Source: a virus. Taken from it: a stretch of 64,000 nucleotides of DNA. The notes beneath the pieces were generated by a model, which did no database searches, was not told the origin of the DNA, and saw only the letters and a program-made list of their open reading frames with translations. The stretch covers positions 1 to 64,000 of the IMG/VR virus record IMGVR_UViG_3300026382_000175; one strand, written 5' to 3'. Positions 57,827 through 64,000 of the stretch are shown here, one piece after another (the first letter of the stretch is position 1; each line of letters begins with the position of its first letter). Position numbers and translations under genes: made by a program.

Positions 57827-60800
57827 ATGAACTCCAGATGTGAAATCTGTAAACTTTATAAGCAATGCAAGACTCACTTTGTTAAGCCCAGAGGTAATTT
57901 AGAAAATCCTAATATTATAATAGTAGGAGAAGCCCCTGGGTGTGTTTCTGGAGACACATTAATAGAAGTTGCTTTTAGGGATGTATCCAAATATCCAAAA
58001 GGAATACCTATAAGAGAGTTAGTGGGGAAGAAGGACTTTTATGTCTATTCTTATGATATTGAAAAAGATAGACTGGTTCTTGGGAAAGTTAAGAAGGTAT
58101 GGAAGACTGGAACGAAAATGACTTACAAGGTTACTTATAAGTGGAAAGCTGCTACTCAAGACGGTGAGGTGAAATGGTTTGAAGATTCTATTATTGTAAC
58201 TTCTAATCATAAGTTCTTACTTAAAAAAGCTAAACCAAAAGATCCGTTTAAAGGTATTAATACAAATGTGGAATATGAATACCTTTCTATTGATGAAGGG
58301 TTAACCGTAGGACATAGTATAATGCCATTCTACAGACGCTTTTATAGTGAAAGAGATAAGCGATACACTTTTATAGGTGTATCACATGACACTATGCAAC
58401 CAGAACATAAGTTCTTAATGGAGTTTTTAACTGGAAAAGATTTAGGAGGAAGAAAGTATAATGTCCATCATAAAGATGGAAATGGTTTGAATAATACTTT
58501 GGAAAATCTTGAAGTTCTTACTGTAGCTGAACATGCAAGGATTCACAAGTTAGAATCTAACCCTATGCACGACCCTGTTGTAAGAGAAAAACATAGGCAA
58601 GTTCTTTCTTCCAAAGAGTATAGGGAAAATATGAGTAGAATTATGAAAGAAAAGTTGAGGTCAGATAAAGAATTATATGAAAGAAGAGTAAAGCAACTTT
58701 TAGAAGCAGGTAAGAAAACAAGATTTAAGAAAGGTGAACTTGATCCTGTTAATTACTATAAAAGACTTCTTTCTTATGTGAGAAAAGGTAAGAGAACTCT
58801 AGAATGGGTAGAAGAGAGATTCAAATCTAAGTTTCCAGATTTACCATTTCCACCCATAGATAACCATATTATTGTTTCTATTGAACCTTATGGAGTGATA
58901 GATGTTTACGATATGGAAGTAGAAAAGTATCATAATTTTGTAGCTAATGGAATTATTATTCATAATTCCACTGAAGATAAGCAAGGGAAACCTTTTGTAG
59001 GTAAATCAGGTAAATTATTAGAAGAAGTATTTAGGCTCTTCAATAAGAAATTTGAAGAAGTTTGCTACATAACTAATGTAGTTAAGTGTTGTCCTTATGC
59101 AGACCTTTTTAATCCTAGTAAAGGAGTTAGGCCTCCTACTGATAAGGAAATAGAATGTTGCCTTCCTTTTCTGTTAGAAGAACTAGAAAAGTTTAAGGGT
59201 AAAGATGTCGTTATAATGCCTTTAGGTAATACTGCTTTGAAAGGATTAGGTATAAAAGGTAAGATTTCTGAGTTAGCTGGTAAAGAACTAAAGTGGAATG
59301 GGTTTAAGGTTATTCCTAACTTTCATCCTGCTTCTATTTTAAGGAACCCTAAGTGGAAGCAAAAGTTTATATCAGTATTTGGTAAAGTACTAGACAATAG
59401 GCAAGTGGAGTGGGAGAATTTAATTAAACCTTTACAACCTAAAGAAGCTATCAACTTTTTACAGAAGAAACTTGAGGAGAAACCTGAATGGTTTTGTTTT
59501 GATATAGAAACAGATGGACTTAATCCATTTAAAAATAGAATAATTATGCTTACTTTTTCATTTCCAAATGACCCTTATGGTTATGTAGTTCCTTTATATC
59601 AAAAAGACCCTTTACCAGGAGATAATTATGATGTTTTTAATGTTGTAGTAGATAATATTTCTAAGCAAAAGGTATTACAACTTACAAAACAGTTATTAGA
59701 AACTATTCCTGTTATTGGGCATAACATTAAATTTGATTTAAAATTTATGGTAACTAAAACAGGTTTGGATTTATCCAAAGTTAAAGTAAAAGACGACACA
59801 TTATTTTTAGCTCATTTTGTATTTAACAAGGTTCAACTTGGAGAGACTTTACAACTTAAAGACATAGCTGTTAAGGTATTAGGTTTAGATGGTAGATGGG
59901 ATGAAGAAGTTAAGGAATATTTAAAGTCAAGGTATCGTCTAAGGAAAGATAGACATTATGGAAATATTCCAACTTCTTTACTAATTAAGTATGCTGGATT
60001 TGATATTCTCTTTACTAAAGAGATTTATTTAGTGCTTTCTGAGAGAGTTAAAGTATTTAACTGTGACGAGATTAGGGAAGCTCTTAATAAGGCTACAATT
60101 ATGATAGCTGAATCTGAAATAAAAGGAGTTAAGGTAGATAAACAAGTTAGAGATTTTCTTGACTATAAATATCAGTCTGAAATAGAAAGAGCTGAAAAAG
60201 AGTTACAGGAATTACCTAAAATTAAGAAATGGAAAGAACTAAGAAAAGTATCTTGGTTTAATCCTTCTTCTCAAAAACATCAAAAGGAGGTAGCATTTAA
60301 AGTCTACCAATTACCTGTAGTAGAAACAACTCAAAAAGGACAGCCTTCTTTAGGTAAGAATGCTATTAACATATATTTCTCCTCTCTTCCAGAAGGTTCA
60401 GAAGAAAAACGATTTATAGAATTGTTTTACAGAATAAAACTTTTCAAAAAATTAAAGTCAACCTACATAGATGGATTTATAAGTAGTATAGACGACCTAG
60501 GGATGTATCATCCTGAATTCAACATAGCAGGAACAATAACAGGTAGATGGTCATCAGGATGGCATACTGTTGCATCAAAGTCCGACATTAAGAGAATGTT
60601 TGTTAGTAGGTGGAAAGATAAAGGAGGACTTATAGTTAGCTTTGATTATTCTCAGTTAGAGGTTAGAATTGCCTCAAGTCTTTCCAATGAAACTAAACTC
60701 ATAGAAGCTTATAAGCAAGGGATAGATGTTCATAAAAGAACTGCTTCTATGATATTTAATAAGCCTATGGAAGAGATTACTAAGCAAGAGAGGAAGATTG

Positions 60801-61540
60801 CTAAAACTGTTGTGTTTGGAATTCTTTATGGTAAAACAGCTAAGTCCTTAGCTGAGGATTTTAACATTAGCTTAGAGGAAGCTCAGCAATGGATGGATAA
60901 TCTATTTGGAGGTTACTCCAATCTTAGAAAGTGGATAGAGAATCAGCACAGGTTTGTTTTACAAAATGGTTTTGTTGTAACAGCATTCAATAGAATTATT
61001 CCAGTTCCAATGGCTTTTGAATCTGATAAGTGGAAGAAAGAGGAAGCTAAGCGTAAAGCTGTTAACTATCCTGTTCAATCCTCAGCTTCTGATTTAACTA
61101 CTACAAGTGCAGTTAGACTTTGGGAGAATATGAAAAAATTAAATCTGAAGTCTGTTCTTATAGGAACTGTTCACGATGCTATTGTTATAGATGTTTACCT
61201 TGGAGAGTTAATTACAGTTTTTAACCTTGTGATTAAAAATGCTGAAATAATACCTATGAAAAAATATGAGTGGTTAACTTGTCCTATTAGGATAGATGCT
61301 ACTATGGGAGATGGAAGCTGGTTTGGAGGAATAGAATGGGAAAGAAAAGTAGTTACTCCAGATTACCTTGAATTAGAAGGAACAGGATTTGTAAGAGATT
61401 TACTGATGTTTAAACAGTTAATGGAAATGAGTTATAATTTTGAATATGAAAAGATAGGTGAAGAAGAATTTAATGAACCCAGTCTTGATCAGTTTATTTA
61501 CTCCCCTAAGAAAGAAGTATGGAGGGTTAAAATTTGGTAG
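57827..61540 (+). CDS. Family A DNA polymerase with N-terminal family-4 UDG-like domain and an intein
   Basis: GEAPG...PFVGKSG...HPA (UDG); FDIET, GHNIKFD, YAGFD (3'-5' exonuclease); TGRWSS, DYSQLE.R, R..AK...FG.LYG, NYPVQS, VHD (PolA). Confidence 0.95.
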   Translation: MNSRCEICKLYKQCKTHFVKPRGNLENPNIIIVGEAPGCVSGDTLIEVAFRDVSKYPKGIPIRELVGKKDFYVYSYDIEKDRLVLGKVKKVWKTGTKMTYKVTYKWKAATQDGEVKWFEDSIIVTSNHKFLLKKAKPKDPFKGINTNVEYEYLSIDEGLTVGHSIMPFYRRFYSERDKRYTFIGVSHDTMQPEHKFLMEFLTGKDLGGRKYNVHHKDGNGLNNTLENLEVLTVAEHARIHKLESNPMHDPVVREKHRQVLSSKEYRENMSRIMKEKLRSDKELYERRVKQLLEAGKKTRFKKGELDPVNYYKRLLSYVRKGKRTLEWVEERFKSKFPDLPFPPIDNHIIVSIEPYGVIDVYDMEVEKYHNFVANGIIIHNSTEDKQGKPFVGKSGKLLEEVFRLFNKKFEEVCYITNVVKCCPYADLFNPSKGVRPPTDKEIECCLPFLLEELEKFKGKDVVIMPLGNTALKGLGIKGKISELAGKELKWNGFKVIPNFHPASILRNPKWKQKFISVFGKVLDNRQVEWENLIKPLQPKEAINFLQKKLEEKPEWFCFDIETDGLNPFKNRIIMLTFSFPNDPYGYVVPLYQKDPLPGDNYDVFNVVVDNISKQKVLQLTKQLLETIPVIGHNIKFDLKFMVTKTGLDLSKVKVKDDTLFLAHFVFNKVQLGETLQLKDIAVKVLGLDGRWDEEVKEYLKSRYRLRKDRHYGNIPTSLLIKYAGFDILFTKEIYLVLSERVKVFNCDEIREALNKATIMIAESEIKGVKVDKQVRDFLDYKYQSEIERAEKELQELPKIKKWKELRKVSWFNPSSQKHQKEVAFKVYQLPVVETTQKGQPSLGKNAINIYFSSLPEGSEEKRFIELFYRIKLFKKLKSTYIDGFISSIDDLGMYHPEFNIAGTITGRWSSGWHTVASKSDIKRMFVSRWKDKGGLIVSFDYSQLEVRIASSLSNETKLIEAYKQGIDVHKRTASMIFNKPMEEITKQERKIAKTVVFGILYGKTAKSLAEDFNISLEEAQQWMDNLFGGYSNLRKWIENQHRFVLQNGFVVTAFNRIIPVPMAFESDKWKKEEAKRKAVNYPVQSSASDLTTTSAVRLWENMKKLNLKSVLIGTVHDAIVIDVYLGELITVFNLVIKNAEIIPMKKYEWLTCPIRIDATMGDGSWFGGIEWERKVVTPDYLELEGTGFVRDLLMFKQLMEMSYNFEYEKIGEEEFNEPSLDQFIYSPKKEVWRVKIW
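57941..58966 (+). mobile_element. Intein (342 aa) with HNH homing endonuclease
   Basis: Splice junctions G|CVSGDT and HNFVANGIIIHN|S; block B 'VTSNHKF'; HNH 'VHHKDGNGLNN..ENL......H...H'. Confidence 0.95.
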
Positions 61541-61563
61541 TAGGTAGGAAATTTACCTACTTT
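61539..61563 (+). terminator. Terminator after the DNA polymerase gene
   Basis: AGTAGGTA/TACCTACT stem followed by a short T run. Confidence 0.55.
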
Positions 61564-61576
61564 GTAAGAAAACCAC

Positions 61577-61604
61577 TTGCCTTCTCTTGAAAAAGGCCTA
61601 TAAT
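61577..61604 (+). promoter_or_regulatory. Host sigma70-type promoter
   Basis: TTGCCT-N16-TATAAT, 36 nt upstream of ATG 61641. Confidence 0.6.
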
Positions 61605-61640
61605 TATAGATAAGGAAACAAAACTGGTCAGGGAGGAGAG

Positions 61641-62291
61641 ATGAGAAAGGTAGAAAGGTTTGAAAACTCAGAGTTAAACTCACTCCAAGCAATTATCTAC
61701 AAATTCTTACAGAGGAAACCTGAAAACTTAGACTTTGATGAACTTTATCAGGAACTTTTCCTTAAAGGGTTAGAGTTATTAAAAGACCCAAAAGTTCAAA
61801 CTCTTAATGAGACTGAGAAGTGGAAGTATATCAAAACTGCTTTACATAACCACATAAAAGACCTTTTAAATGCTCAACCTAAAGAAGTACCTCTTTCAGA
61901 AGTAGTAGAACCTGAAAGTCAACTTTCCTTTATAGAACAAGTATTATCGCCCTATACTAATGTTAGCAAGTCTCCAATTCCAGTGGTTAAATTTATTAAT
62001 CCAGAAACCTATGCTATTGGTAAGGAATTGATTGATAAAATAATGGCTTGGGCTGAAACTCAAGATGAAGGGACAAGAATTTTCTTTGAAGAGTATTTTA
62101 ATCCAAGTCCTGAAGTGTTAGAGTATATGGAAAAACAAACTAATAAGGGAACTTGGAAAAATAGGAAGTTTGAACCTCTATTCTTAGCAAAGGTGTTAAC
62201 TGAAATAGGTAAGTGGAAGTATAAAGATGGTAGAGATAAGTGGTTGAAAATAAAAAGAAAAATGATTAGGGATTTAGGGTTGGCTTTTTAG
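61641..62291 (+). CDS. Phage sigma-factor-like protein
   Basis: 'DFDELYQELFLKGLE...KYIKTALHNHIKDLL' resembles sigma70 region 2; monocistronic. Confidence 0.65.
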   Translation: MRKVERFENSELNSLQAIIYKFLQRKPENLDFDELYQELFLKGLELLKDPKVQTLNETEKWKYIKTALHNHIKDLLNAQPKEVPLSEVVEPESQLSFIEQVLSPYTNVSKSPIPVVKFINPETYAIGKELIDKIMAWAETQDEGTRIFFEEYFNPSPEVLEYMEKQTNKGTWKNRKFEPLFLAKVLTEIGKWKYKDGRDKWLKIKRKMIRDLGLAF

Positions 62292-62307
62292 CCAACCCTA
62301 AATTTTT
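62273..62307 (+). terminator. Terminator after the sigma-like gene
   Basis: 13-bp stem TTTAGGGTTGGCT/AGCCAACCCTAAA followed by TTTTT. Confidence 0.8.
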
Positions 62308-62341
62308 CAGTATTTCTTATTTTTCTAGAAGGAGGTTTAAA

Positions 62342-63301
62342 ATGAAAATTCTTTATTACTCTGATATTCATTTTAGGGAAAAAGGGTCATTTATTCCTTG
62401 GAACAGGCAAGAGAATCGCTTCACAAAGGAGTTAAATCGTATCTTAAATTCAATGTACTGGTTATCAGAGATTGTAGAGGTTGAAAAACCTGATTTATTA
62501 CTTTGCTTAGGAGATATATTCAACAATTTGGTAATCCAATCATCCTCTACACTTGATGCTTCTGGTTTAGCGTTTTCTCAGCTAAAGAAAACTTGTAAAA
62601 GGTTAGGTATAGAGCATTGGCTTATTCCAGGAAATCACGACTATTACGGTAGGTATAACAATGCTATCTACTCTATCAGAGTGTTAGAAGGATTCTTTGA
62701 TAGGGTTTTTTATGAACCTGTTTATGAGGATAATACTTTATACTTACCTTACTTTACAGATGAAACTAAAGCCTACGAGGAAATCTTATTAAGAGAACCT
62801 AAGAAAGTTATAACTCACTTAACTTTTAATGGAGCTGATGTAGGTAAGGTTAGAATACAAGGGTTAGCTTTGCCTAAAGGAGTTAAAGCTATTTCTGGTC
62901 ATGTCCACATTCCTCAAGAAACGCCTGAATTTCTCTATATAGGAAGTTTAGTTCAATTGAGTTGGGTAGAAGGTACTAAGCATGGTGTTTATGTAGAGGA
63001 GAAAGGGAAGTTTAGATTTATCCAAAATCCAGTTGGTAAGCAAATTGTTAAGATTAGCAAGTTGGAAGAAATAGATAAGTATGATAAGGATAATACTGGA
63101 TTTATCTTAGAGGCTACTCAACTCCCAGACAAGTTGCCTAGTGGAGTAGATATTCAGGTTAAGATAGTAAAGCAGGCTAATAAGGAAGTACCAGTTGAAT
63201 ATGAGTTAGATAGTTTCCAATCTCCTATTGAGCTGTTAGAACAAGAAGTGAAGGGAGTTTATCCTGATAAGGTTAAGCTATTGAAGGAACTGCTTAAGTG
63301 A
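62342..63301 (+). CDS. sbcD: SbcD/Mre11/gp47-like nuclease
   Basis: SDIH, LGDIF, GNHD, SGHVH and YIGS..Q motifs; upstream of an SMC-type ATPase. Confidence 0.88.
   Translation: MKILYYSDIHFREKGSFIPWNRQENRFTKELNRILNSMYWLSEIVEVEKPDLLLCLGDIFNNLVIQSSSTLDASGLAFSQLKKTCKRLGIEHWLIPGNHDYYGRYNNAIYSIRVLEGFFDRVFYEPVYEDNTLYLPYFTDETKAYEEILLREPKKVITHLTFNGADVGKVRIQGLALPKGVKAISGHVHIPQETPEFLYIGSLVQLSWVEGTKHGVYVEEKGKFRFIQNPVGKQIVKISKLEEIDKYDKDNTGFILEATQLPDKLPSGVDIQVKIVKQANKEVPVEYELDSFQSPIELLEQEVKGVYPDKVKLLKELLK
62924..62953 (+). promoter_or_regulatory. Intragenic phage promoter variant
   Basis: CCTGAATTTC-N12-GTTTAGTT inside sbcD. Confidence 0.5.
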
Positions 63302-63311
63302 GAGGTAAGTT

Positions 63312-63794
63312 ATGAAGAGACTAGTAGAGGAATTAATGGAGTTAATTCAAGAGTTAGCTTATAGGGATAAGAAAGAAGTTGAAACTAGATTAACTGACCA
63401 GTTTAGACCTTTAGTAGAACATCTAACCAAAATTTATCTTTACAGAGATAACTATAATCTTAATGGTTGGTTAAGAACTGTTAAGAACATCGTGGGTAGG
63501 ATGATTGATATAGTATTCCTATCCAATGTTAAGATTACTACCAACAGGTTAAAGAAGTGGTTCTATTTCAACAAAATAGATGAGTACTTAGATATTGTTT
63601 TGGATATAGTGAAGAGTGATGTTGATGAATTACCTCTTGCTAGCGATGATTATACTGTTAAGTGTTTTGTTAAAAGAAGGCTTGAAGAAGTGTTTGAAAT
63701 CTTGGAGAAAAGAGACATCAATAAGTTAGAGAAGCTGATTGAAACTATTAAGTCTGATGTTCGCAATTTTAACTACGATTGTTCTGAGAGGTAG
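63312..63794 (+). CDS. DUF29-like helical protein, paralog 3
   Basis: 'KEVETRL....LVEHLTKIYLY......GWLRTV' resembles DUF29. Confidence 0.6.
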   Translation: MKRLVEELMELIQELAYRDKKEVETRLTDQFRPLVEHLTKIYLYRDNYNLNGWLRTVKNIVGRMIDIVFLSNVKITTNRLKKWFYFNKIDEYLDIVLDIVKSDVDELPLASDDYTVKCFVKRRLEEVFEILEKRDINKLEKLIETIKSDVRNFNYDCSER

Positions 63795-63797
63795 ATA

Positions 63798-64000
63798 ATG
63801 ATTAGGTTTCAAAGTTACCACATAGAAAACTTCCAATCTATCAAGGAACTCTCTGTTAATCTTGATACCAACAAAGTTTACTGTGTAGTAGGTAAGAATG
63901 GTTCAGGCAAGTCTTCTATGTTTGAAGGCTTAATTTGGATTCTCTATGGTAAAGCTAGAACCAATAACTTTATTAGACAAGGTTCAGCTTACTGTTGTGG
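63798..64000 (+). CDS. sbcC: SbcC/Rad50/gp46-like ATPase, partial
   Basis: MIRFQSYHIENFQSI...VVGKNGSGKSSMFEGLIWILYGK; runs off the window. Confidence 0.9.
   Translation, partial: MIRFQSYHIENFQSIKELSVNLDTNKVYCVVGKNGSGKSSMFEGLIWILYGKARTNNFIRQGSAYCC

Noticed and set aside
42273-61692. Short minus-strand ORFs in the replication arm
   Set aside because: Antisense shadows of real plus-strand genes or promoter regions.
1-64000. Stop-codon reassignment suggested by TAG abundance
   Set aside because: Genes are intact in the standard code and many end at TAG next to the following start.

Overview
This 64 kb window comes from a large, AT-rich, lytic-looking T4-like myovirus. The Lys/Glu-rich proteins and GGAGG Shine-Dalgarno (SD) sequences suggest a thermophilic bacterial host, but this is inference. 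The minus strand (1-40037) carries tail fibres, baseplate, tape measure/lytic transglycosylase, tube, sheath, neck, capsid, protease-scaffold, portal, terminases, a Holliday resolvase, NrdAB and ThyX. The plus strand (40285-64000) carries a sigma/Mor-like regulator, an AEP primase-like Rep, SSB, RecA/UvsX, UvsW, primase, dUTPase, a 5'-3' exonuclease, DnaB, an intein-containing UDG-PolA fusion, a second sigma-like factor and SbcD/SbcC. The main new observation is an intergenic element at ~32270-32400 whose minus-strand RNA is complementary to the ribosome-binding/start regions of two distant plus-strand genes: 22/22 nt to the sigma-like gene at 61641, and 31 nt with five differences, all G:U-compatible, to the primase/Rep gene at 42378. 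It looks like a dual-target trans-acting phage sRNA. Other observations: a GC-rich pseudoknotted three-way-junction RNA between the terminase genes; a phage promoter CCTGAAWTTC-N12-GTTTAGTT in about 10 copies; two dispersed non-coding repeat families; a LAGLIDADG homing endonuclease that supplied a recoded 3' end to its target gene; a -1 frameshift in the tail chaperone; nested in-frame starts; three dispersed DUF29-like paralogs; and a shared N-terminal L..LLE leader. No tRNA, rRNA or CRISPR array was seen. All product calls come from motif recognition, not database searches.
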